The position numbers and the translations under genes are program-made. Source: Octopus bimaculoides (lineage: Eukaryota). Taken from it: 64,000 nt of DNA. The stretch spans positions 759,175-823,174 of the forward strand of contig NC_068985.1 in the NCBI RefSeq assembly GCF_001194135.2, in the 5' to 3' direction. A model generated the notes under the pieces. That model saw only the letters and a list, made by a program, of their open reading frames with translations. It was not told where the DNA came from and did no database searches. Below are positions 36,284 through 50,114 of the stretch, in pieces (position 1 is the stretch's first letter; each line of letters starts with the position of its first letter).

Positions 36284-37122
36284 GATTATCACTACATCCA
36301 TTTCTCCGTCAAACATTTATGAAAGAAACTATCTCTAACAATAAACCATCCTAATTAGAATTATATAAAAAACAACAAAAAATGACGAAGCAAAAGTACA
36401 AAGTATTTTAGTGTAATCTAACTTTTTCCAACTCATCCATAGTCTTACCTTTCAATTGACAAAGGATTTCTATGCTCAACGTACTGAGATTCTTCTTTTT
36501 CCCCCTCACAGCAAGACACATTACACTGTTGTACCATTATTTTTCATCACAATTCTGTGGTACAGACCAAAACCCAAACTCCTCAGCTTCTCAATTATCC
36601 TCCACCGTCTGAGTCTAGATTTCTACTTTCTCTGCTGTCTTCTCCAAAAAAACCTTTTAAAATAATAATTGTAACAATTATTATACAAACATAATAATGT
36701 ATTTTTATGCTCATACAGCTACTGCTGCTGCTACTGATGATGATGATGACAATGACGATGATGATGATGATAAAATGTTGAACCAGATTGAACTAGCAGA
36801 AAATTAAAGAGGGTAACTTATAAAAAGCAATAATTAAATAAAATGCTTTGAAACATAAAAGGGAGATAATTAAAAAGATAATGAAGATAAAAGTTGAGGA
36901 TGGGAGAGATTGAACCAGAGAGAGATAGAGGGGGGGGGAGTGAACAGACATATATATATATGTATGTGTGTGTGTGTGTGTGTGTTTGTGTGAATGGCTG
37001 AGAGAGAAGAGAGTAAAAGCTGTGTTGTTTGACTGCGTAATGGGGGACTAAAGTGGATGATGTGAGAAGGAGGAAAAAAGTGGAGTTGTCTGGAAGCAGG
37101 AGATAAGCTTAGGAGTGAAAGA

Positions 37123-37182
<60 letters not shown>

Positions 37183-37342
37183 GATAGATAGATAGATAGA
37201 TAGATAGAAAGATAGATAGATTGAGAGAGAGAGAGAGAGGTTACTCCCAATGCAAACACATTGTCATCATTATCCAACCTCTTTATTTATATTGGAATAT
37301 TGATCCAGGCAAACTTATCTGTTTTTCTTTATCTTTTCCTAG

Positions 37343-37428
37343 GTCAGGGGTCACGAGGAAGATATGAATCAATATGTTTGTCAAATGGTTCTGGATGGAC
37401 ATCAAACTCATTGAAAAATGATAATTAG
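37343..37428 (+). CDS. Candidate terminal exon (GQGSRGRYESICLSNGSGWTSNSLKNDN* or VRGHEEDMNQYVCQMVLDGHQTH*)
   Basis: Very strong acceptor GTTTTTCTTTATCTTTTCCTAG; compatible in phase with either reading of the 35.9-kb exon. Confidence 0.3.
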
Positions 37429-38291
37429 AGGGATATAATTTGAAAATAAAACTAAAGGAAAAATTAAAATCTGAGATAAAAATTTAAATAAAATTTTTTA
37501 AAAATCAAAAAAGAAAAAACAACAAATAGAAAATTATAAGAAATTCATTTGAATGACTTTTAGTAAAATTCTTAAAGAATTACAAAGAAAGCTTGGTAAT
37601 TCTTGAGAGAGAAAGAAACATGTTATTTTGCAACAGAAGTAAGAGCACTTATGTACTCTATATTTCTCATTGCATATTCCTTGGATAAATGTTGAAGAAA
37701 AAGATTTTCATAAAATAATTAGTTAATCTTGTGTGTATTAAAATTATAATTGTTATCTCCCGTATAGATTTCTTAACACATGAGACAAGATTAATTTTGA
37801 GTTATGGAAAGCAATGCAAAGAGAGAGCATGGGAATCATAAGAGAAGGAATCAGTTCCAATATATTTACTTAATTAAACTGATCTTAAATGAGAATAAGA
37901 AAAGGCAAAGTCAACGCATCGTAAGATATCACACGCTCCCCTGGCAGTGCCCCAGCATGGCCACAGCCTCAAGGCTGAAACATATGAAAGAATAAAAGAA
38001 TAGAATTTTATTTAAAAGGAAATATTTCTCCAGCACCATCTTCTTTGTTGAAAATGTACTCCTTTGCACTTGCTTCATAAGATATAAGAATTAATTAATT
38101 GCAAAGAACTGCATTTAGATTAGAATATTAAGGACAGAAGCAGTGTTAATATCAAATGACAATCTTCACGTCATACTTGATACGATTAAATTATTAGAAC
38201 ACTGAATACTGAGGTATTTAAATCGAGAGAACATCTTATAGATGTATGGTGCTAGGAGTACACACATATCTCATAGCACATGAGAACTGCA

Positions 38292-38805
38292 TGGCACAGG
38301 TGCCAGAACTGGCAGATCAAGTGATTTCGGCATAGTTGCACTTTCTAAGTGGCAGGTGTCTGGTTGCCACATAGCAGCCAAATCTCACTGCCAATGATAT
38401 AGAGAATAACAGTGATTTTTCAGTCAGAGATGTTGCAAATAGCCAGCAGGTTTATTACAAAATAGAAGCAGTACAAAATGGCAATCTTTATCTCATACTA
38501 AATGTTAATGCATTATTAGAATGCTAAACACTGCAGTATTCACCTTGTGAGCTCCTCTCATGTAGACTTACTGTGCTAAGAGCACAGTCATGTATTGTAG
38601 CAGACGAGAACAATCTGGTGTGGTGCCTGGAACTGTCAGGTCTCTTGATTTCATTCTATGCATTCTATATATGTGTGGATATGTGTGTGTATTGTATAGA
38701 TCATTGGTAGTGAGATTTGGCTAGTATGTGGCAACCAGACATCTGTTACTGATGAAATTCAGTACACTGAAATCATGTGATCTGACACCTCTGGCACTCA
38801 TGCCA
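38292..38805. mobile_element. MITE/foldback, about 110-bp imperfect arms (38292-38400 / 38697-38805)
   Basis: GTGTCTGGTTGCCACATAGCAGCCAAATCTCACTGCCAATGAT / ATCATTGGTAGTGAGATTTGGCTAGTATGTGGCAACCAGACA. Confidence 0.75.
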
Positions 38806-38828
38806 GATGATTATCATCTGCTACAATA

Positions 38829-39157
38829 TATGGCTCAGTGGTTAGAACGTCGAGCTTACGATCATGAGGTTGTGAGTTCGAATCCCATACTGGCCTGCAT
38901 GTTGTGTTCTTGAGCAAGGCACTTTATTTCGCATTGCTTCAGTTTACTCAGCTGTAGAAATGAGTTGCAACATCACTGGTGCCAAGCTGTATCGGCCTTT
39001 GCCTTTTTCCCTTGGATAACACTGTTGGTGTGGAGAGGGGAGGCTGGTGTGCATGGGCGACTGCTGGTCTTCCATAAACAACCTTGCCCAGACTTGTGCC
39101 TGGGAGGGTATCTTTCAAGGTGCAATCCCACGGTCAGTCATCACTGAAGGGGGTCTC
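38829..39157 (+). mobile_element. Well-preserved tRNA-derived SINE with conserved central domain
   Basis: A box TGGCTCAGTGG, B box GTTCGAATCC, then GTGTTCTTGAGCAAGGCACTTTATTTC..TTTACTCAGCTGTAGAAATGAGT. Confidence 0.8.
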
Positions 39158-39420
39158 AGCAGCCTCTTAGCACTGTATGTCTATATAAGACAACCGTTCA
39201 AGGTGAATACTCCATACGTTCGGTATTCTAATAAGACTTCTACATTAAGTAAAAAATAAAGAAAGCAGTTCACTCAATGTTTGACATTCTATGAGTCCTG
39301 ACTACATGCTACGAAGACTCTAAGACTGGACTATCTATTCTTTACTGGAATTTTCTTTATTGTGCTTTGATGTTGCTACAAAAAATTTACTTTAACCTGA
39401 TACAAAATTATAACTAAGTG

Positions 39421-39577
39421 TAGGGGTGGCTGTGTGGTAAGAAGCTTGCCTCCCAACTACATGCTTCTGGGTTCAGTCCTATTGTGCAAAACCTTGAATG
39501 AGTGTCTTCTATGATAGCCTTGGGCCAAGCAAAGAATTGTGAGTGGGATTTGGTAGACAGAAAGTGAAAGAAGCTGA

Positions 39578-39636
<59 letters not shown>

Positions 39637-39892
39637 CGTGCGTGTGTATGTGTGTTTGTGTGTGTGCATGTGTGTGCACGCATATATCTTTATGTTTGTG
39701 TTTGTCCTCCACTACTACATAACAACCAGTGTTGGTGTGCTTACATTTGTGTAACTTAGCTGTTTGGTAAAAGAGACTGATAGAATAAGTACCAGGTTTT
39801 ACAAAGAGATAAAAAGTGATTTTTTTCAACTAAAATTCTTCAGGGCACTGCCCCAGCATGGCCACGATCTAGTGACTGAAAGAAGTAAAAGA
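39421..39892 (+). mobile_element. Full-length OR-like SINE
   Basis: Same head, (TG)n centre and CCCCAGCATGGCCAC..GACTGAAAGAAGTAAAAG tail as 6961-7397. Confidence 0.85.
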
Positions 39893-41226
39893 ATTGTTAG
39901 AATCTGCGTTGGCATTATATGAAGACAAGAGTAGCAAAGAATATTCCAAGTCCAACATAACTGAGTAGTCACCTGATGTTTCAGGAAAAATATTTTTATC
40001 ACAAATACACTTCAATCAATATTTGTTTATGGTTATGAAATGCTGAGTTAGGTTTGTTAGATTTATATTCAATATTTTGATGTGACAAAATAGATCTAAA
40101 AAAAAAAACAAAAAAAAACGGATTCAGTCAGAAGAGAAGATGCAGTGTCCATGATATTTCTATGATCTTCCAGACTGGCGAAATTGATGTGGTTGTTGTT
40201 TAGTCTGAACATCTAGGGGTCAATGTGTTGAAAGGGATCTCATGCTTGCAATGGTGAACTCTACAGAAGCATCCAAGGATCAGGTGATGGTATTAGATTA
40301 GGAAATGGGTTAGAGCCACCAACCAGATTATGGAAATGTGTGGTCTTTTGTATTTAGGCATCTCTCAGTTGATTCATAAAAAATGAATTTATAAAATGTT
40401 TACTTCATTACTGCACGATATTAGTTTCAGAATTTCAATTTACATATGTATTTTTGGTCAAACGAATGACATCAACTTTTGTACCCTGGCAATAGCATAT
40501 TGATTCAAGTGTGTTCATGAAGATAATTAGAAGATAATACTGCAAAGAAGTGAATATTGTAAAGCCATTAATAATTAATTCTCTGGAGGCTCTAATTTTA
40601 CAGTCTCTTGGTACAGTAAATTATCACAAGTGTTGTAAATTCATGGAAGAGGCAAATTCGATCAGTCATGAGGCAGTTAACATGTATCACATGCAACAAA
40701 GTCAACAGAACAAGTTAAAATATGCAAGCATTTCCATGACAACGTGGCAGGTGTGGGGTTCTACACAGCTGCTTGAGCTGCTAGAAATAGCTGTTGACAT
40801 ATCATTTAAATCACACCCTACTGTCAAAAATGGGATGATTTGGCAGAAATGCCTTTCAGATTGAGTGAAATAACAACATGTGTCAACCTTTTGTTTTATT
40901 CTTTACTACTTTTGTGTTTTTCCATTCTAAAAGTGTTTTAAAAGATGGTCTTTCATGAGGGTTGAGTAGGAAGAGAGGAGGGCAACAGGACTAGTAAGTG
41001 ATGGAAGTCAATAACATATGACCAGGGAAGAGGGAATGATGATTGATGGTAGAGAAAGGTTGATGTTGGGACGTAATTGGAGAGTAGTGAGTGATGATTG
41101 TACGATATGATAGACACACACACACACACACACACACGTATGTACACCCAAATATATATACTTATATATACATATACACATTAATATATACACAAACAGA
41201 CTTACTCTTTCTCTCCTTACAAATAT

Positions 41227-41274
<48 letters not shown>

Positions 41275-42389
41275 CAGACAAGTATACATATAAACACATT
41301 ACTTATATATATAGTTTAATTTTATAATATTTTTAATGTTTCCATTATTTCTGAACAAATAAAGAATGCATCCGCATTAGGTGTGGGCATTATATTGGAA
41401 TACAAACCATTTGACAAGAAATGTATTTTCAACATTGTAAGCCAAATGACTGGCATCACTGTAATGTCTGTCGTAGGTTTTCAAATAGGGAAAAATATTC
41501 TGGATATCATCCAAAGGAAACTTCAGATGTAATCATGTTGGGATGCAGATCTAAATAGTTTGCTTTTCATACCCCTGTTAATGGCCAAAAATGCCAGCAG
41601 ACTCCTAAGTGAGGAGAGCAGGCATGATGCCAAGTTGTAATTTAGTGCTACCGGTCTGTCTTGCATCTGGTTGTGAAGTGAAGCTGAAAAATACAGCTTT
41701 CTGAGACATCGGTTTAAGATTTACACTTTAGAATTCAATTGGCACTCACTTGATAAGAAGTAAGTCAATCACTTGGCCTTCTAGTCACGACAATTCTTGC
41801 AGTGATTGAATCCAATTTTCTTCAACAAAAAGAAAGAAAAAAAGAAGATAAAGAAGGAATGAATTTTCTTTTAAAGGTTGACTCTTTGGAAAATTTCACT
41901 TGTTTTTCTAGTATTCTTCAAAATAGAAAAGTAATTTGTGTCTTGCCATATCTTTCTAACATATTAGGGGATTCTAACAATAAACAATACATTTGAAGAT
42001 CATGCCAGGTAGACTAGCATTAGAAAATGTATCTCCATGTTTAAAACCTATCATCATATTGATGTCATTGAACACAGTTAACAAACAGCAATGTTAAAGA
42101 ATGTTATCAATTGTTTACTTCTCTGATTAATAGGAGACATGTGTGCAAACACTAAAGCCAGTACAAAAAATAAGCACTGTTGCCAGGAATTTTCTGTTCC
42201 AAAATTAGAAGTCCTACAGGATGTTCCAAAATCACTGATATTGCTCTGATTTTCTTCAGAAATGAAAACCTTACAACCAAACTTGAACAACTTTTAATAC
42301 CAATGTATTTGGGATAATTTGATTATTCACTTTTGTGTAACCATTCAAATTCAACCATTGGTGTAAATCATGATATGTCTTGTTCAAAG

Positions 42390-42464
42390 ATCAGTTTTCC
42401 ACTTTGGATACAGAAAATAATTCATCTTCCACCCCTTCAACAACAAACCCTCCACAAAACTCAG
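42390..42464 (+). CDS. Candidate 75-nt symmetric (phase 1-1) Ser/Thr/Pro-rich exon
   Basis: Acceptor GTCTTGTTCAAAG and donor CAG|GTAAGA; open frame (D)QFSTLDTENNSSSTPSTTNPPQNS. Confidence 0.2.
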
Positions 42465-44563
42465 GTAAGATCTACAGTGAAGCACCACTCCTATATCTAA
42501 AATAGCTGTCATTGCTTCATTCACAAACAACCAAGATTGTATCCAAAAAGGGGTCAGTCAACCGATTAGGAAAACAATAACTCAGCAACAACCATTTCAA
42601 CTTTTAGATTATGTCTCTTCTTTCTGTGACGAGAGATCTCTGCATCTGGGAACTGCTTGGTCTCATGCCTCTTCTACTTTGGTATCCCACTTTTTTGTCT
42701 CACCCCATCCCCTGTTGTATTTTAGATTCATAATACTCTTACCTTATATTATGGTACTTTCCTCAATTTTTCCTCTCAAGACTGTCAGCCTTTTGAAATT
42801 CCCTCTTTGCACATATTTTTCCTGCACCTGTTTGAAAAGGAATGCCAATGTTAAAGGTCTTGGAGGATAAGTAAAGGCCATGGACACAGGACATTCTTTC
42901 ATATCAAGTTGATAAAATAACAAAAATCGTTTGAAGCCATTTTGTAGACAAGGCACATAGTTTTTCACATTTACATAAATATTTAAGAATGAATCAGTTA
43001 GGAATATCTTAAATAATGGTTTTTGGTTTATACTTAACAAGAAAATTATGAGATCCAGCGGAGCAAAGTTGCTTAGAATGAGAAAGTATACAAAAGAGGA
43101 ATGCTGCCCATAATTTCAAGACATCTTAAGATTAGTGGTTAATACTACTTAAGCAAGAGTAGATTGGTAATCANNNNNNNNNNATAATTTCAAGACATCT
43201 TAAGATTAGTGGTTAATACTACTTAAGCAAGAGTAGATTGGTAATCAGCCGAGTTCTTAACTGCCAGTCAAAAGATGCTGTAAGAGTAGAAGGAAGCTAT
43301 ATAGTCTAAATATTCCTAAGTGGATAAAGAAATGGAAACATAGGCAAGAAATCAAGAAAAATCATCAAAAGTTTCCTAAATAATTTCATTGGAATCATCG
43401 AAGAAAAGAATTTGAACTTTTCTTTTACTTTTTCAATGAATTTTTTCGCTAATCTAACTCTTACTTTTGCTGTAGCTGCACTCCTCACTGATGTAAACCA
43501 ATGTAACAGTTGCCAGTATTGCAGTGTGGTCATCATCCAGAAACAGATACCCCTCCCACATGGCATGTGAGGCAGAGTCTATAATGCTTAAACGTTGATA
43601 CACTTCATACCATTTTTTGGTAATAACTAGCACCACAAGATAGAAGGACCTAGAATTGAACCACCGACTAATATTGGTTTCAAATTTTGGTTCAACGTCA
43701 GCCAATTCAGGGAAATGTGTATCGACATCAAATGGTATTTGTTTTATGAACCCTGGAAGGACTAAAGGCAAAGTTGACCTTCGTAGAATTTGAACTTGAA
43801 CGTAAGGATCGACAAAATGCCATCAAACATTTTTCCCATCATGCTAATGATTCTGCCAGCTCACTGCCTTAATTTGTCTACTAATATCAAGTGTGTACAA
43901 GGAATGGTGCAAGACTTGATGGTCTACAAAGAATGAACAAATTTGTTTTGCCCTAATTTTGCTGCAGTTTCAGCAGCTGCAAAGAAAGTAAAACTGCCAA
44001 GAAAAGATATTAGGAAAAGAGATGCAATCGAAATTGATAGATAATCAGTGTGACACAGAGATTGGTATTTCAATTAGGTATTGGTGCCAACTTCAATAGA
44101 ACACAGAAATTGATGTCTTCTTCTCTGCACAGTTTGTAGTAAATGTCCATTAGCTGATAAGTTCTTCAAGCCTGATTCCTAAGGTGTCTCCAAAATTAGA
44201 TTCTTTGCAAAATGTCTTTTGCTCTTTCAAGGATGCTTCTCAGCATTAGCTTTGTCTTTTGGTAAAAAAGATTTCAAAAATGTATATTGGTAACAAAGAG
44301 TGGCAATTCAAATTGCAAATGAGATAGGAATGAATGAGATCAAAAGAGGAGTACGACAGGGTGGTAGTGTGGGTGGGGGGTTACCACCTGTCTTCATTTT
44401 GGAGTAAAATAATTATGTGATCTATTGAGGAGAACACATCAACAGTATCTGTTAGGCAGAATGACACAGGACTCATAGTAACAGAGAAAGAGCAAGTAAA
44501 TTTAATACTGTTAATGAGAAGGTTGAAAGGAGGTGAGTAGGGGATAAAGAAAAGAAGTGTGCA

Positions 44564-44618
<55 letters not shown>

Positions 44619-44759
44619 GAGAGGGCAGAGGAGAGAGAGGGCAGGGGAGAGAGAGAGTGTGTCTATTTGAAAGAGAGTACCACAAATTTGCTACATAAGA
44701 ACAGAACAATTCTGAAATAGGTTGATAGCTTTAGAAACCAAAATTATATTTGATGGGAA

Positions 44760-45160
44760 AACATGAAAGAAACGAAGGCATGAACTGAAGAATGTGAAGC
44801 TAGTTTCCATGGGATTGAACATATCTTGCCAAAAAATTGCTTTCAATATAAGAAATGGAGTCTGAGAGAAATACACAGAACTCGTTGTTGCATATCTGTG
44901 TATGACCTGGAACATGAACAAACCAGAAAAAATGTTTTTCAATGCTGCAAAGATGTGGTTTCTTTAAGAAATGGTGAAGGTGTCCTTCAAAGAGTCACAA
45001 AGACTGAAATACATAGGAGAGCAAAGAATACTTTTGAAAACTTTTGGACAACATAAAGAAATGAAAGATTAAGTTTAGTGGACATCATAGGAAAGGTCAA
45101 CTGGAAAAACCGAAAGGAAGAACAAATCAGGAAAGATAGAAGAGAAAATGAGTGATGCTG
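44760..45160 (+). mobile_element. Decayed RTE/BovB-like LINE C-terminal fragment
   Basis: Broken frame ..YLCMTWNMNKPEKMFFNAAKMWFL.EMVKVSFK..GEQRILLKTFGQHK..GKIEEK resembles the RTE motif AFEMW..RRM..ISW..R.LL.TI..GK.EGKR. Confidence 0.5.
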
Positions 45161-45750
45161 GACTTATAAACTGATTACAGAAAAACTGGCCTAATGATAT
45201 ATGTGGGACAGAGGTGTTGTTGAGGGTGTCGAGGGTCACCTCAGCACCTATAAGCATGATACATAAAAGAAGATATAATATTTATATGGATGTATATATA
45301 TGTGTGTGTGTGTGTGTACCCATGCTAGTATATATATATATATATATTAGACACAACAAAATATGCATGCATACATATATATGTATGCNNNNNNNNNNNN
45401 NNNNNNNNNNNNACCTGTGTAGTAGAAATACAGACCTATCAAATTCAGTTATTTCTCTGTGGATTGCAAATTGATAAAATGACCTTTATCGATTTTGGTC
45501 CCTTGTTGGGTTCTCACCAGGGGTGTTGTCTCTGTCCCTTGATGTATCCTAGAGAAGCAAGGAGTTGATCTATTTATATGCACAACAAATCTTGTACAGA
45601 TACGAGGAAGGGAAAGAGTGAGCAAGAAAGTGAGAGAGGGAGAGGGAGAGAGAGAGAAGGAGAGAGAGAGAGAGACTTACAGAGGCAGTTAGTAAAGGAA
45701 AGCAGAGAGAAAGAAAAATATTGATATATTGATAAGCAGGTAGATAAAAG

Positions 45751-45781
<31 letters not shown>

Positions 45782-46121
45782 GGATAGATAGGCAGAGAGA
45801 TAGAAAGCAGGAGTGAGAATAGCAAGGAAGAAGGAGCATAAATAGGAGAAAGGAAAATGGTGGCAAGTAAGAGAGAAAGCAATTCTTTATCCTTTTAATC
45901 CTAAGAATATTAATACAGAAGTTTTATTTCTTAAATAACAGCAGGATTTCCTGTTCGTTTCCGTTCTTTCTTGACTGTTCTTGTGAAGAATATGAAGAAA
46001 TCTGAGATTGTTGTGTCTTAGGAGGATTTAAATCCTCTCCATGAATACATAATGATTTTCTATTTTGCTCAAGGTAAGAAATTTATAGTTTTCTACTAAT
46101 AGAGAAATAAATCTGACAGAA

Positions 46122-46152
<31 letters not shown>

Positions 46153-47489
46153 CAACAACAATATTAAGGTTAAGAACGAGCTGACAACAAAGGCAACAAT
46201 AGTAACATTAATGACAAGAAGAAGAACAAAAGGAGAAATATTAACAGTGACTTACAGAAACAACAACAACAACAATAACTGCATAAAATACAGGAAGACG
46301 AATGACAATAGGTAGTGACATGACATCTATGAGGAACAGCAATAAGTTAAGAAGAACAATAACAGTGCCATCACCACCTGTAGCAGCAACAAGAAGGGAA
46401 ACAGGAGCCAAGCAAGGCAGATGGCAGGCAGTGAAACAAGCTGCTAGAAATAGAAACCAAATACCCTCAAATTACACTTTACTATCTTGATAAGTAAGGA
46501 AACGACAAACTGAAGAATGTTGACATACCCTAAAAAGAAGGGAATGTCATGGATGGAATACCTTTGGTAATAGGCTTGATCAGTCAAATATGACCCGTGG
46601 GCCAAACAACAAGCGTAACAACAACAGGACCAAGAACAACAATAATAACAGTAGGAACAATAATAATAATAATGATAGCAACAACAACAACAGCAGCAAC
46701 AGTGTCAAATCAAAATTAATAGCAGAAAATGCAACAATTCAATAATAAACAACAACAACAACAAGAGGAATGTGAAGTGTAATGATTAAACAACGACAAC
46801 AACAAGAATAGAAAGGAAAGTAAGAAAGAGAAGAAGAAGAAGCCTCCCTATTATTTTGCATGAATGCCTGTCCTGAAGCGAACATGTAAGTTCAGCTTGG
46901 TTTTATTATTCCTCTCCAGCATCCAACAATAGCAACAACGTCAAGCAATAACAACAATATTTACGACTTCATCGTACTTTGTTTAGAAGCAAAAACAAAC
47001 CAAAATAACAAACATTGAAACACACAAACAAAACGAAATACGAAAGAAAAGTAAATAGAGTCGAGAGTAATCTAGCAGACATTGAAAAGAAACCTTTGCT
47101 TGGAATGGAATTGGTAAGAGTCTGTTTAATAGTTTATTGGTGTTAGTGAACACTTAAAAGTTGTTGAATAATTGGTTTTCATTTAAGCTGAGTAAAGTAC
47201 ATAAAGAAGAACAAATTGTAGATATAATATTCAGTCGAGTTTTGCAGACATTGGAAATCATGATTGGCTAGGGTGACAGTACACTGGCAGCCGGATGAAT
47301 GGACCAATGGTTCGTTCCGTATCAGAGGCTGGCTATTGTGTTCTTGAAGGAGGAATAGATAAATTAATGGAATGGTGTTCACAAGGATGTAGCCATCAGG
47401 TAGAAAATCAAGAAGTTAAAAACCTTCTCCAAGACAGCAAGAATTCAGAATCACCTCTGGTTTCCATAGCAATGAATTACTGATTTTTG

Positions 47490-47620
47490 CCTTTTATCTT
47501 TTGCTTGTTATAGTCATTAGGCTGTGGCCATGCTGGGGCAGGACCTTGGAAACTTTTTGGTCAAATGAATTGACCCCTGTACTAATATAAATTTTTAAGT
47601 CTGTTACTTATTCTATCAAG
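47490..47620 (-). mobile_element. 3' end of OR-like SINE (reverse); its 5' part resumes at 48390-48590
   Basis: AGTCATTAGGCTGTGGCCATGCTGGGGCA..ACTTATTCTATC at 47510-47618 and CTTTCAGTTTCC..CCAAGGCTACAGTAGAAGACAC..CTTACCACACAGCC at 48450-48585. Confidence 0.7.
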
Positions 47621-48297
47621 GAGGAGCAATTTGGAGCAATGGTCGATCAGAGCTGGTGGAGTGTGAGAGAAACATAAACTCAGATAAATACATTCCCATA
47701 TTGCAGAAAGGACTCCTTCCAATCTTCTCCACTGGTGAAATGGTTAAAGAAGTTTTTTTTTCTGGAAGATGGGGCTCCTTGTCCCACGACAAAAAAAAGA
47801 AAAGCCAAGATTGGTTGGGCATTAAAAAGCTTCTATGCCCAAGCCAGTCACCAGATATGAACGCTATTGAACAGCTCTGGGGAATAATGGACAAGACACT
47901 TCATATAAAGAACAAGAAAGCATCCTCAAAGCCAGATCTTTTGAGATTACGGCATGAAACTTGGCAAGAAATTAATCAAAGGAATATTCATCATCTGATC
48001 AGTAGCATGCCTAATAGGGTCCTTGCACTGAAAAATGCAAAGGGCTCGTCTACTAAGTATTAGATATTCACATTAGAATAATTAATAAATAATTTAAATG
48101 AGTAGTTTCAGATTTAAATAAACTTCAACAACCTCTTACCTGTACACATAAAAATACAAATCCTAAACAGTACCATTCAGTCTGCTTGAATGAACCCATA
48201 AACAAACAAATAAACATCTATTGGTATATTTTTTGTTCTCTCTGAAGATATTATGCTCAGAAAAAATGAACTTAATATTCAATTAATTCCCTGTGTA
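47620..48297 (+). mobile_element. 5'-truncated Tc1-family transposon (transposase C-terminus 47656-48063)
   Basis: [48 protein letters not shown] corresponds to the Tc1 SPDLNPIE.LW and SMP.R..AV..AKG..TKY motifs. A possible right end is ..AATTCCCTGTG+TA at about 48295. Confidence 0.85.
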
Positions 48298-49875
48298 TAA
48301 TTGAAACAGCTGTAAGGGATAATGTTTGATTTGTTGTTGATAATAAACTCTTATTAACTTCACAATCACCATTTGCTTCTTCTCTTATGTGTGTGTGTGT
48401 GTGTATGTGTGTGTATGTATACGTATATATATATATATATATGATGGGCTTCTTTCAGTTTCCATTTACTCCAAATGCTTTGGTTTGCCCAAGGCTACAG
48501 TAGAAGACACTTATGCAAGGTATCATGCAGTGGGACTGAATCAGGAACCATGTGGTTGGGTAGCAAGCTTCTTACCACACAGCCAGGCCTGCACCTATGA
48601 TATACACATCTTCTCATTAGTAGGATGAGAATCATATACTCTTCTGTTGATAATAGATTAATCCCATACATTAAATGCAGAGAACTGTAAGCATTCATGC
48701 AATTCAGCTGTCAGCCTCACTCCTTCCCATCATTGCTGATGTGGAATCACTTTTTCTATCTTTTTAAGTTGTCTTAAGTTCACCAGATGGATACATATCT
48801 TCAGCTTTGCTGGCATTTAGTAGATGAGAGACAAGTTTCCAACTGAATGGAATTTTGATTTACTGTAGGTAAATTTTTAATCACATGAAATTAATTCAGC
48901 ATTACAAGCCAGTGAAACACACAGCAATTTTATAGTGTCACCATCACTTCCTATCCTGCATTTCCTATTTGCATCAAAGTTAACAGGACCATGGACATTG
49001 TGTAACATTTGCCATTGCCTGGCCAACTGTAGTATCACATGGCTAAAAATATCTAGCTGCAGTGTTGAGTAGCTTAAGACAGTGACTGAACAGGTACTGT
49101 TGATTTCTGTAAATGATAGGCACAATGTATTTACCTGATGAGTTCTTTGTTAACAATCCTTAGCTTAAACCATCATTGTATCATTAACCAATTTGACACC
49201 CACTTTCCCCTCAACAACACTTCTAAGATTTTCCCCTGGTCAATCAAGTCAGCTCTTGTGAAATCAATATTAAAATATCAATATTTAATTTTGAATCACT
49301 GCCAAAATTTTATGGTTAAAACTTGAAGAACCTTCCCCCTCACAAATTTATGGAATAGCCTTTTTTTTAAATTGCATTCCAACCAATTAATATACCAGCA
49401 ATAAAAAAAAAGGTCATTGTTATTTTCCTAAACCAATGCCAACTGTAATTTTAAATATCACTCGAAACACGTGACCATTGTAATGTTGTTAGAATATAGA
49501 AAATGAACAAAGTGAACATTTATCTTCTTGGATAATATTCTGGTTGACTGCAACTTCTTATTCCAGTGCCATTTCTCAAAGAATTTTGGTATCTACCCAT
49601 CTACCAATCAGTTTACTTCCACTAAGTATTCAGTCTGCCCTCATATTGTTTTCTGTTGCTTATTTGTTGACTGATGGAATCAACTGTTAACTCAAGTGTT
49701 ATTGGAATTCCAAATATGAATGAAATAGCAGTGAGTGGCTTTAATATTCTTACCTACAGACCACTGTCAGGTACCATTACGTAGTAAGATCGTTCACTGC
49801 TGTCAACATTAGCATCACTTCAAATGAATGTTTCATTAGCTTGCAAAGCTGAGCTCAGTTCGTTTGGATTGATTT

Positions 49876-50055
49876 AGGTTTTCCAGTTCTATGTTTAAGA
49901 GACGAGAAATTATGTACATTATTTATATTTGACAGATATTTGTCCTCATCTTGTTTGTTGTTAACACAACATTTTGGCTGATATACCCTCCAGCCTTCAT
50001 CAGGTGTCTTGGGGAAATTTCGAACCTGGGTTCTCATTCCTAAGGTATTTTTCAA

Positions 50056-50114
<59 letters not shown>

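Noticed and set aside
43110-43247. Exact 64-bp direct repeat around 10 Ns
   Set aside because: Typical unmerged contig overlap at a scaffold join, i.e. an assembly artefact.
43454-43570. Exon-like segment readable on both strands (AMWEGYLFLDDDH... on minus; ALLTDVNQCNSCQYC... on plus)
   Set aside because: The splice signals on the two strands are mutual reverse complements, there is no homology, and the upstream part of the ORF is SINE-derived.
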